NCBI GenBank assembly: GCA_963699755.1
Contig: CAVOVB010000004.1
Span: forward strand, 128,001 to 192,000
Length of the DNA stretch: 64,000 nucleotides
Direction: 5' to 3'
DNA from: an uncultured delta proteobacterium
Lineage (GTDB): Bacteria > Myxococcota_A > Polyangia > Polyangiales > Houyiibacteriaceae
The position numbers were made by a program, and so were the translations under genes. Under the pieces are notes generated by a model that ran no database searches, had not been told where the DNA came from, and was given only the letters and a program-made list of their open reading frames with translations. This document shows, piece after piece, positions 38,011 through 47,219 of this stretch (positions are counted from its first letter, which is position 1; every line of letters begins with the position of its first letter).

Positions 38011-40698
38011 GTGCCCGAAGAGCTTCCGAAGAAGGGGGATCCGGAGACGATCTACGTGATCGACATCAGCTCCTACGTCTTCCGCGCCTACCACGCCCTT
38101 CCGCCCCTTTCGAACAGCAAAGGCGAGCCGACCCATGCGGTCGCCGGCGTAGCGAGCATGCTGCTCAAGCTACTTCGGGAGCGCGAGCCGCGAGGAGTCA
38201 TCGTCGCGATGGACTCCAAGGGGAAGTCGTTTCGCAAAGAGCTGTATGCGGACTACAAGGCCAATCGCCCGCCGGCGCCGCCCGATCTCGAACTGCAGAT
38301 GATTCGCGTCCGCGAGATCGCCGAAGCCTGGGGGATGACACCCGTCGAGGCCCCGGGGTTCGAGGCCGATGACGTGATTGCGACCCTGGTCGCGCAGGCC
38401 CGCGACCAGGGGCTTCGAGTCGTGATCGTGAGCGCCGACAAGGACCTGCTCCAACTCGTGGGCCCCGATGTCGTCATGTACGACACGATGCGCGACAAGG
38501 TGTTTGGCCCCGACGAGACCCGGGACAAGCTCGGCGTCGAGCCCAGCCAGGTGTGCGACCTCTTGGCGCTGATGGGCGACAGCTCGGACAACGTGCCGGG
38601 CGTTCCTTCGGTCGGGCAGAAGACCGCGGCCAAGCTTCTCGAGGACTACGGGAGTCTGGACGGCATCTACGAGAACCTCGAGAACATCACGCGCAAGGCT
38701 CTCAAGGCGAAGCTCAAAGAGCATCGAAGCAAGGCGCTCACCTCCAGGGAGCTGGTGACGCTTCGGCACGACGTGGCGGTCGACCAGGACCTCATCACTC
38801 GCCCGTACAGCGGAGGGAACACCGCGGCGCTGCGCTCGCTCTTCAGCGAGCTCGAGCTGACCCGTCTGCTCGCTCAGCTCGACCCGGCGCCTGTCATCAA
38901 AGGGCATTACGAGACGATCACGACCGTGGAGGGCCTTCATCGGATTGCTCGCACGATCCGAGAGGTCGGGCGCTTCGCGCTATATTCGGTGATGGACATC
39001 GACGATCCGATCCGGGCAGAGTTGGTCGGCGTTGCGCTGAGCTGGGTCGAGGGCGTGGGCGCATACATCCCTCTTGCCCACCGTTACATCGGCGCTCCCG
39101 ACCACCTCCGATGGGACGATGCAGGCACGGTCCTCACGCCGCTGCTCGAGAACTCGCTCATTCCGAAGCTCACCTTGGCCAAACGCGAGAAGGTCTTATG
39201 GGCGCGACGTGGTGTCACCCTTCGAGGGGTTCGGTTCGACCCGTCCCTGGCGAGCTATCTGCTCGACCCCGGCCGACATGCGCACCGGCTGGAAGACCTC
39301 GCGCGCCAGGAGCTCGACGGCGAGCTGAGCGAAGAAGACGCCGTTCGCGGGAAGGGCAAGAAGGCCATGACTTGGGACGAGGTCGAGATCGACGCCGTGG
39401 CGCAGTACGCCAACGAGCGTGCCGACTACACCTTCCGCCTTAGCGAGCTCCTGACCCCGCGCATGCACGAAGGGGAGTTCGAGCGGCTCTTCTACGAGGT
39501 GGAGTTGCCCCTGGCCGGCGTCCTCGCGACCATGGAGCTGACGGGAATTCGGGTCGACTCCGAGCTCCTTGCGGAGCTTTCCAAGACAGCTGACACCGAG
39601 CTCGAGAACCTCCACGCCCGGTGCACGGAGCTGGCCGGCCACGACTTCAACGTCTCATCCCCCCGGCAGCTCGAGACCATCCTCTTCGACGAGCTCGGAC
39701 TGCCCTCCAGCAAGAAGACCAAGACGGCCCGATCGACCGATCAGGGAGTCCTCGAAGAGCTTGCGCAGCTCCACCCGCTGCCGCAGGCGATTCTCGAATA
39801 CCGCTCGGTCTCGAAGCTCAAGAGCACGTACCTAGACGCCTTACCAAGGGAGGTTAATTCGGAGACCGGCCGCATTCACACACGCTACAACCAGCTCGTG
39901 GCCGCCACGGGGCGCCTCTCGTCGAGCGATCCAAACCTGCAGAACATCCCGATTCGCACCGAAATGGGCCGCCGGGTACGGGACGCCTTCGTGCCGGCGG
40001 ACGGTTGGTCGATGCTGTCGGCCGACTACTCCCAGATCGAGCTTCGGGTTCTGGCACACCTCAGCCGCGATCCGGCGCTGGTGGAGGCGTTCTCGCGAGG
40101 GGACGACGTCCACATCCAGACCGCCTGCGCGCTATTCGGCGTGAAGCCCGAGGAAGTGACCAAGCAGATGCGCGGCGAGGCCAAGACGGTGAATTTCGCC
40201 GTCATCTACGGCCAGAGCCAGTTCGCTCTGGCCCGGAACCTCAAGATCGATCGGGCTGAGGCGCAGCGCTACATCGACGCGTTTTTCGATCAATACGCAG
40301 GCGTCAAGTCATTTCTCGACGAAGTGGTCGAACAGGCGCGTGCAAACGGCTTGGTGACGACGCTCCTCGGCCGCCGCCGCTCGCTCCCCGATATTCGAAG
40401 CCAGAACAAGAACCTGCGCGCCGCAGCGGAGCGCATCGCGTGCAATACGCCCATTCAGGGGACCGCCGCCGACATCATGAAGGTCGCGATGGTTCAGATT
40501 CAGCACGCGATCGAGGCGCAGCGCCTGCAGAGCCGAATGGTACTGACCGTTCACGACGAGCTCGTGTTCGAAGCGCCGCCAGCGGAGCGCGAAGGCTTGG
40601 AGGCGCTCGTGCTCGATCACATGCAGAACGCCGTACCGCTTGCGGTGCCGCTGCCCGTCGAGGCCGGCTGGGGAGAGAGCTGGGGAGCAGCGCACTGA
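38011..40698 (+). CDS. polA: DNA polymerase I
   Basis: 5'-exonuclease (RAYHA, YKANR, EADD, GDSSDNVPG); polymerase motifs TGRLSS, ADYSQIELR, TVHDEL. Confidence 0.98.
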   Translation: MPEELPKKGDPETIYVIDISSYVFRAYHALPPLSNSKGEPTHAVAGVASMLLKLLREREPRGVIVAMDSKGKSFRKELYADYKANRPPAPPDLELQMIRVREIAEAWGMTPVEAPGFEADDVIATLVAQARDQGLRVVIVSADKDLLQLVGPDVVMYDTMRDKVFGPDETRDKLGVEPSQVCDLLALMGDSSDNVPGVPSVGQKTAAKLLEDYGSLDGIYENLENITRKALKAKLKEHRSKALTSRELVTLRHDVAVDQDLITRPYSGGNTAALRSLFSELELTRLLAQLDPAPVIKGHYETITTVEGLHRIARTIREVGRFALYSVMDIDDPIRAELVGVALSWVEGVGAYIPLAHRYIGAPDHLRWDDAGTVLTPLLENSLIPKLTLAKREKVLWARRGVTLRGVRFDPSLASYLLDPGRHAHRLEDLARQELDGELSEEDAVRGKGKKAMTWDEVEIDAVAQYANERADYTFRLSELLTPRMHEGEFERLFYEVELPLAGVLATMELTGIRVDSELLAELSKTADTELENLHARCTELAGHDFNVSSPRQLETILFDELGLPSSKKTKTARSTDQGVLEELAQLHPLPQAILEYRSVSKLKSTYLDALPREVNSETGRIHTRYNQLVAATGRLSSSDPNLQNIPIRTEMGRRVRDAFVPADGWSMLSADYSQIELRVLAHLSRDPALVEAFSRGDDVHIQTACALFGVKPEEVTKQMRGEAKTVNFAVIYGQSQFALARNLKIDRAEAQRYIDAFFDQYAGVKSFLDEVVEQARANGLVTTLLGRRRSLPDIRSQNKNLRAAAERIACNTPIQGTAADIMKVAMVQIQHAIEAQRLQSRMVLTVHDELVFEAPPAEREGLEALVLDHMQNAVPLAVPLPVEAGWGESWGAAH

Positions 40699-40729
40699 AC
40701 GCGTTGCGCGTACGCTGTCGCGCCGCCCG

Positions 40730-41533
40730 CTACCTCACAAACCCAAAGTGCCGAAGGCCCTCTAGGACTCCTCGTGCATACGGATGCTTGGCGAAATAGA
40801 TCTTGTCGGCGATTCCTTGGGCGACCGATTCGATGCCCAAGTCCTTCTTGAGCGCTTGGTCCGCGTTCCCCACCACGATGACTCGAAACCCGGTCAGCAT
40901 CGCGGCCCGGTCGTTTCCCGAGTCGCCGGCATAGACCAGGTGCTGCTCATCGACGCCGCTGTGATCGTGGAGGTAGCGAACGGCATAGTCCTTGGCGATC
41001 CCGGCGGGGAGCACGTCCAGGAGGCCGCGGTCGCTCACCGGATCGTGACTTGCGACGAGGTTCGCATGCGTGTTCGCTGCGTCTAGCCTCGATTGCACGA
41101 TGTCGACGTACGGCTCGGGGCGTCCCTGCGTGTAGTAGCTGAGCTTGAACTCGCCCTGCTTCTCTTCTTCTTGAGGCTCCAGTCCCTCGATGGTGCCGAT
41201 CGCCGCCCGGATCTCGACGCCGCTCAAGCCACCGTAGGCCTTCCGCATCGCCTCGCGATACGCTTCATCCGGCTCGAACCCCCCATCCGTGCGTCGATAC
41301 ACGCTGGTTCCGACGTCGCAGACGAACCAATCGGGCGACGGCAGTCCGATCTCCGCAATCCCTTCCAGCGCAAGCGCCAGATGTCGGCCGGTGACGTACG
41401 CGAGCATCAGGTTGACGCTGTCGTCGAGCACGTCTACGAACTCTGTGACCTCACGCAAGCGTTGGGAATCGCGCTCCAGGGGGATCAGCGTCCCATCCAA
41501 GTCGGACGCAAGGAGTGAACGTGTTACGCTCAT
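40730..41533 (-). CDS. spp: HAD-IIB sucrose-phosphate phosphatase-like protein
   Basis: SDLDGTL, YVTGR, QGEFKLSY, LDVLP...AK, AGDSGND; divergent from the SPS fusion. Confidence 0.85.
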   Translation of the reverse strand: MSVTRSLLASDLDGTLIPLERDSQRLREVTEFVDVLDDSVNLMLAYVTGRHLALALEGIAEIGLPSPDWFVCDVGTSVYRRTDGGFEPDEAYREAMRKAYGGLSGVEIRAAIGTIEGLEPQEEEKQGEFKLSYYTQGRPEPYVDIVQSRLDAANTHANLVASHDPVSDRGLLDVLPAGIAKDYAVRYLHDHSGVDEQHLVYAGDSGNDRAAMLTGFRVIVVGNADQALKKDLGIESVAQGIADKIYFAKHPYARGVLEGLRHFGFVR

Positions 41534-41596
41534 GCCTGCGTGAGCCTAGCGAGGACCGAGCCCCCCTGCACCCCGGAATAAGTCAACTGAGAGCCT

Positions 41597-44500
41597 GTGC
41601 ATCGATTCCACAAACGACCTGTGATTTTCGGGGAGGTGCTGTTCGACCACTTTCCAGACGGCAGCCGTGTCTTGGGAGGCGCCCCGTTCAACGTCGCCTG
41701 GCATTTGCGGGGATTCAACTCGAATCCCCTGGTGATCAGCGCGGTCGGCGACGACGAGCAGGGCCAGGAAATCCTCGAACGAATGACGAGCTGGGACCTG
41801 ATGACCCACGGGGTGCAGGTCGACCCGGAGCATCCGACTGGCCGAGTGATCGCCTCAGTGGCGGACGGAGAAAACCGGTTCGAGATCGCGCCCGGACAAG
41901 CTTGGGACGCGATACGCGCGGAGCCGGCGCTCCGAAGCGCATTCGAAGAACCCGCAGGGCTCCTCTACCACGGCACGCTCGCCCTTCGCTCCGACGAGAG
42001 CTGGGCCACGCTTCGCAAGCTCAGAGCCGAGACCGACGCACCCTCCTTCGTCGACATCAACCTCCGCGACCCCTGGTGGAGCAGAGAGAAAGTCGACTGG
42101 TGTCTTCGGAACGGAAGTTGGATCAAGCTCAATGACAAAGAGCTCTCGGAGCTGACTTCCAAGCCAACCGGCTCGTTCGAAGAATGCCGCGACGCTGCCA
42201 TGGCACTTGCCCGCGACCACGGGAACGAGCGCCTCATCGTCACTCGCGGTGCGCAGGGAGCGATGTCGGTGCTGGGAGGTCAGACCGCGTTTGAAGCTCG
42301 TCCAGCCGCCGTGAAGAACCTGATTGACAGCGTAGGTGCAGGCGATGGGTTCAGCGCGATTATCTGCCTCGGGCTCCTTCAGGAATGGGATCACCAGGTG
42401 ATCCTCGATCGTGCGGCGGCCTTCGCTGCCGACCTATGCGGCATCCGCGGCGCGACGACGACCGATTTCGCCCTCTACGAACGGCACCTGACCGAGTGGG
42501 CCAAGGACACCAGCGCCGGCACCATCCGCGCTCCCGAAACGCACTCCCTCTACGTCTTGTCTCTCACCATCCACGGGCTCGTGCGCGCGCGCGACATCGA
42601 GCTCGGTCGCGATGCAGACACCGGCGGCCAGGTCTCGTACGTGGTCGACCAGGCGAGGGCACTTTCGGCTCGTCCAAACATAGAGCGTGTCGACGTCATC
42701 ACCCGGCTGATTGAGGATAGGCGGGTCGACCCGATCTACTCGCGCCCTTTCGAACCGATCAGCCGCGGCGCCCAAATCGTTCGAATCCCCTTCGGCCCGC
42801 GGCGCTACCTTCGCAAGGAATCCCTCTGGGAGCACCTCGACAGCTTGCTCGACCAACTGACCCGCTATGTTCGGATGCAGGAGCGCCCGCCCGACCTGAT
42901 CCATGGGCACTATGCCGATGCGGGCTATGTGGGCTCGCGTCTGGCGAAGCTCCTCGGGGTCCCGCTGGTGTTCACGGGCCACTCGCTCGGCCGGGTCAAG
43001 CAATTGCGTCTGCAGTCCAAAGCCGACGAAAGCGAGCAGACCTACCGCTTCGCGCAACGCATTGAAGCCGAAGAGCGTGCCCTCGAAAGCGCAGCGCTCG
43101 TCATTGCGAGCACCCGACAAGAGGTCCGGGAGCAATACGAGCTTTACGACCATTACCAGCCCGAGCGCATGCAGGTCATCCCGCCGGGCGTCGACCTTTC
43201 TCGTTTCTCCCCGCCTGGCGAGGCCTGGGAACGGCCGCGAATCGCCGACGAGCTCGGCCGTTTCCTGAGGGACCCGAGCAAGCCGATGGTCCTGGCGCTG
43301 GCCCGCGCCGATGAGCGTAAGAACTTCGAAGGGCTGGTCCGCGCGTTCGGCGAAACCGAAGGTCTCCGGGAGATGGCCAACTTGGTCATCGTCGCCGGAA
43401 ACCGCGACGACATCAGTGAGATGGGGGTGGGCCCGCGCCGCGTCTTGACCCAGATCCTGGCGCTGATCGATCGCTACGACCTCTATGGAAGCGTGGCCTA
43501 TCCCAAGCATCACGAGCCACGCGATGTGCCCGAGCTCTTCAGGCTTGCCGCCAAGACGAGAGGCGTCTTCGTAAACCCGGCGCTGACCGAGCCCTTCGGC
43601 CTCACTCTGCTCGAAGCCGCGGCCACCGGCCTGCCGCTGGTCGCCACCAACGATGGCGGCCCACAGGACATCATCGGGACCTGCAACAACGGCATCCTCG
43701 TCGACGCGCTCGATTCCGACGCGATCGGCGAAGCGATTCGCGACGCGCTGAGCGATCCGGGGCGCTGGTCACGCTGGGCCGAAGATGGGCTCGCAGCGGC
43801 GCACGCGAATTACTCCTGGGACAGCCACGCGACTCGATATGTCGAAGAGGCCAAGAAGATCTTGAAGGACATGCGTCATGCGCCCATCCGTCGACCGCAC
43901 ACGAAGCTTGCGGGCATGGACAGGCTGCTCGTCACCGACGTCGACGACACACTGACTGGAGACGACGAAGCCATGGCGATGCTGATGAAGCGCCTGGAGA
44001 CCACCGATGCGAAAGTCGGTTTCGGCATCGCGACCGGGCGCACCTTGGACGAAGCGCTCGCCCTCATGAACGAGCTGAACATGCCGGTTCCCGACGTCCT
44101 CATCACCGCGGCGGGAACTGAGCTCCACTACGGGACCCACTTGCTCCCCGACCGCTCCTGGGAGCGCCAGATTCGCTACCGTTGGGACCTGAACGAAGTG
44201 CACCGGGTCCTGCAGGGGATTCCTGGCCTCGACCGCGTTCACCCCTCGGAAACGAAGTATCGGCTCCGGTACCGCCTCGACCCCAAGCGTGCACCGGATC
44301 TCAAAGAAATCCGCCGCCGCGTTCGCCAAGAGGGGCTGCGGGTGACTACCATTTTGGATCATGAGATCTATCTGGATGTGCTCCCCATCCGCGCTTCCTG
44401 CGGGTTCGCGATTCGGTTTTTCTGCTTCAAGTGGAACCTCGAGCCTCAGCGCCTCCTGGTCGCCGGCGATTCCGGAAACGACTGGGACATGCTTTCGGGA

Positions 44501-44668
44501 GATACACTCGGCGTGGTCGTGAGCAATCACACCCCCGAGCTCGATCGGCTTCGCGGGCGGCCTCGTGTTCATTTTGCGAAGAGTGCTCACGCGCGCGGTA
44601 TCCTCGAGGGGATCGACTGGTACGATTTCTTAGGGGACATCAGAATCCCAGCCGAGGATCGAGAATGA
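41597..44668 (+). CDS. sps: Triple fusion: PfkB fructokinase + sucrose-phosphate synthase (GT4) + SPP-like HAD domain
   Basis: One 1023-aa ORF. Residues 1-~300 are PfkB (GEVLFD, GGAPFNVA, DSVGAGDGF). The middle is SPS (HGLVR..ELGRDADTGGQV, HGHYADAG, TGHSLGRVK, EPFGLTLLEA). The C-terminus is HAD (TDVDDTL, ATGR, GDSGND). Confidence 0.9.
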   Translation: MHRFHKRPVIFGEVLFDHFPDGSRVLGGAPFNVAWHLRGFNSNPLVISAVGDDEQGQEILERMTSWDLMTHGVQVDPEHPTGRVIASVADGENRFEIAPGQAWDAIRAEPALRSAFEEPAGLLYHGTLALRSDESWATLRKLRAETDAPSFVDINLRDPWWSREKVDWCLRNGSWIKLNDKELSELTSKPTGSFEECRDAAMALARDHGNERLIVTRGAQGAMSVLGGQTAFEARPAAVKNLIDSVGAGDGFSAIICLGLLQEWDHQVILDRAAAFAADLCGIRGATTTDFALYERHLTEWAKDTSAGTIRAPETHSLYVLSLTIHGLVRARDIELGRDADTGGQVSYVVDQARALSARPNIERVDVITRLIEDRRVDPIYSRPFEPISRGAQIVRIPFGPRRYLRKESLWEHLDSLLDQLTRYVRMQERPPDLIHGHYADAGYVGSRLAKLLGVPLVFTGHSLGRVKQLRLQSKADESEQTYRFAQRIEAEERALESAALVIASTRQEVREQYELYDHYQPERMQVIPPGVDLSRFSPPGEAWERPRIADELGRFLRDPSKPMVLALARADERKNFEGLVRAFGETEGLREMANLVIVAGNRDDISEMGVGPRRVLTQILALIDRYDLYGSVAYPKHHEPRDVPELFRLAAKTRGVFVNPALTEPFGLTLLEAAATGLPLVATNDGGPQDIIGTCNNGILVDALDSDAIGEAIRDALSDPGRWSRWAEDGLAAAHANYSWDSHATRYVEEAKKILKDMRHAPIRRPHTKLAGMDRLLVTDVDDTLTGDDEAMAMLMKRLETTDAKVGFGIATGRTLDEALALMNELNMPVPDVLITAAGTELHYGTHLLPDRSWERQIRYRWDLNEVHRVLQGIPGLDRVHPSETKYRLRYRLDPKRAPDLKEIRRRVRQEGLRVTTILDHEIYLDVLPIRASCGFAIRFFCFKWNLEPQRLLVAGDSGNDWDMLSGDTLGVVVSNHTPELDRLRGRPRVHFAKSAHARGILEGIDWYDFLGDIRIPAEDRE

Positions 44669-47064
44669 TTGAGACGCTCGACGAGCTGCTCCACTCCCAT
44701 CGCGAAGCCCTCTATCTCTTGTTCAGGCGACTGAAGGCGCTCGAACGTCGGTTCCTCCTCTGGTCGGATCTCGTACACGAGTGCGAACAGTTCACCGAGA
44801 CCGAAGTGGGTGCGCGGCTCCGCGACACCAAGATCACGGCGATCATGCGGCACACTCAGGAAGCCGTGGTCCATGAGCCGTTCATCTGTTTCGCGGTGCG
44901 GGTACGCGTCGGGCGTTGGCAGTACGTGCAGGTGAACACCGAGGAGATGCACAGCCGCGAGCTCAGCGTGACCGAGTTCCTCGACATCAAGGAGCGGATC
45001 GCAGCTGGGATTCCTCCGGGCGACCGCTACGTCCTCGAAGTCGATCTGAGCCCGTTCGAACGTGGCTTCCCGAAGCTCAAGGATCCTCGCAATATCGGGC
45101 GGGGCGTCGAGTTTTTGAACCGGCACTTGTCGGTCCGGCTCTTCATGGACGGCGGTCGCGGTCAGAAGCTCCTCTTCGACTTCTTGCAGGTCCACCAGGT
45201 TGGCGGACAGCAGCTGATGCTCAACGGAACGCTTCGTGACCTCGATGAGCTCCGCGAGGCGCTCGAAAATGCGCGCTCGGTCCTCGACGGCCACGAAGAG
45301 GAGAGCGCCGATCTCAGCCGCGCCCTTCGACGCTTGGGCTTCGAACCGGGTTGGGGGCGGGCGCCCGGGCAAATTCGCGAGATGATGGAGCTTCTTCTCG
45401 ACATCCTCGAGGCCCCGTCTCCCGGCAACCTTGCGCGCTTCTTGGCACGCATTCCGATGATTTTCTCGATCGCCATCATTTCGCCCCACGGCTATTTCGG
45501 ACAGTCCAATGTGCTCGGAAAGCCGGACACCGGCGGGCAGGTGGTCTACATCCTCGACCAGGTCCGCGCCTTGGAGCGCGAGATGCGGGAGTCGATCCAC
45601 GACCAGGGGCTCGACATCGTGCCGCAAATCGTGGTGCTGTCGCGCTTGATTCCGGAGGCAGACGGGACGACTTGCGACCAGCGTGTAGAGCCAATTCTCG
45701 GAACCGAGCATGCGAGCATCCTTCGGGTGCCGTTTCGCGACTATCACACCGGCGAAGTCATTCCTCATTGGATCTCCCGTTTCGCGGTCTGGCCGTACCT
45801 CGAGCGCTATGCCATCGATGCCGAGCGCGAGTTGCTCGCCGAGCTCGGCGGCGCACGCCCGGATTTCGTCATCGGCAACTACTCCGACGGCAACCTCGTT
45901 GCGAGCATCATGGCACACCGGCTCGGCGTCACCCAATGCAACATCGCCCACGCCCTCGAGAAGACGAAATACCTCCTCTCGGACCTGCACTGGCAGGACC
46001 ACGAGGCGGAGCATCACTTTGCGGCGCAGTACACCGCCGACCTCATGGCGATGAACACGGCCGACTTCATCATCACCAGCACCTATCAAGAGATCGCCGG
46101 AACCGCCGAAAGCGTAGGGCAATACGAGAGCTACGGCTCGTTCTCCCTCCCTCGGCTCTACCGGGTCGTTTCTGGAATCGACTGCTTCGATCCGAAGTTC
46201 AACATCGTCTCGCCGGGGGCCGACTCGCGGGTGTTCTTTCCCTATTTCGACGAAGCTCATCGCCCCGAAGAAATTCGCCAAGAAATCGAGAGGATGGTCT
46301 TTGGCTCACCGGACTGCGCTTACCGTGGTCTGTTGAGCAAGCAGGACAAGCCCCTGCTCTTCGCCATGTCTCGCCTGGATCGCATCAAGAACATGGCCGG
46401 CCTGGTAGAATGGTATGCGCAGAACCAAGAGCTGCGCGAGGTTGCGAACCTCGTCATCGTGGGGGGACGGCTTCGCACGGAGGAGTCGAACGACCGCGAC
46501 GAGCGGGAGCAGATCGAGCGCACCCATTGGCTCTTCGACACGTACAATCTCGAAGGCGATGTCCGCTGGATCGAAATGCAAACCGACAAGACCACGGTCG
46601 GCGAGCTCTACCGTTTCGTAGCAGACCAACGAGGCGCCTTCGTGCAGCCAGCCCTGTTCGAGGCGTTCGGCCTCACCGTCATCGAAGCGATGAGCAGCGG
46701 CCTTCCAACCTTCGCAACCCGCTACGGCGGCCCGCTCGAGATCATCCAACACGGGAAGTCGGGATTCCACATCGATCCGACCCAGGGCGGCGAAATCGCG
46801 CGACAGATGCTCGACTTCTTCCGAGCCTGCGAAAAGGACCCGGGCGTCTGGGATGCGATTTCGAAGGGTGGCATCGAGCGAGTGGAAGAGCGCTACAACT
46901 GGAAGCTCTACGCCTCGACCCTCATGAAGCTCTCGCGCATCTACGGCTTCTGGCGCTACATATCGTCACTGGAGAGGGACGAGACGAGGCGATACTTGGA
47001 GATGTTTTATGGGTTGTTGTTGAGGCCGTTGTCGAAGCGAGTGCTGGACAAGGGCGAAGCGTAG
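44665..47064 (+). CDS. susA: Sucrose synthase
   Basis: IGRGVEFLNRHL, GFEPGWG, SPHGYFGQSNVLGKPDTGGQVVYILDQ, HALEKTKY, EAFGLTVIEAM; ATG at 44665 overlaps the sps stop (ATGA). Confidence 0.95.
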   Translation: MIETLDELLHSHREALYLLFRRLKALERRFLLWSDLVHECEQFTETEVGARLRDTKITAIMRHTQEAVVHEPFICFAVRVRVGRWQYVQVNTEEMHSRELSVTEFLDIKERIAAGIPPGDRYVLEVDLSPFERGFPKLKDPRNIGRGVEFLNRHLSVRLFMDGGRGQKLLFDFLQVHQVGGQQLMLNGTLRDLDELREALENARSVLDGHEEESADLSRALRRLGFEPGWGRAPGQIREMMELLLDILEAPSPGNLARFLARIPMIFSIAIISPHGYFGQSNVLGKPDTGGQVVYILDQVRALEREMRESIHDQGLDIVPQIVVLSRLIPEADGTTCDQRVEPILGTEHASILRVPFRDYHTGEVIPHWISRFAVWPYLERYAIDAERELLAELGGARPDFVIGNYSDGNLVASIMAHRLGVTQCNIAHALEKTKYLLSDLHWQDHEAEHHFAAQYTADLMAMNTADFIITSTYQEIAGTAESVGQYESYGSFSLPRLYRVVSGIDCFDPKFNIVSPGADSRVFFPYFDEAHRPEEIRQEIERMVFGSPDCAYRGLLSKQDKPLLFAMSRLDRIKNMAGLVEWYAQNQELREVANLVIVGGRLRTEESNDRDEREQIERTHWLFDTYNLEGDVRWIEMQTDKTTVGELYRFVADQRGAFVQPALFEAFGLTVIEAMSSGLPTFATRYGGPLEIIQHGKSGFHIDPTQGGEIARQMLDFFRACEKDPGVWDAISKGGIERVEERYNWKLYASTLMKLSRIYGFWRYISSLERDETRRYLEMFYGLLLRPLSKRVLDKGEA

Positions 47065-47219
47065 CGCCCGCATACGTGCCGGGGCGTGCCGGAGCGCGGA
47101 AAAGGCGCGACGCGCCGGCAAGGCGGAGCGCAGCGCCAGGGAGGGCTACGAGCGGGGTACGCGATAGTGTGGGAGCGGTGGGGCGGGACCCGCGCGAGCG
47201 TCGAGTCTAGCAAACGCCG

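Noticed and set aside
44431..44664. ORF-track N-terminal extension of sucrose synthase
   Set aside because: It overlaps the SPS fusion; the ATGA coupling at 44665 gives a normal ~800-aa SuSy.
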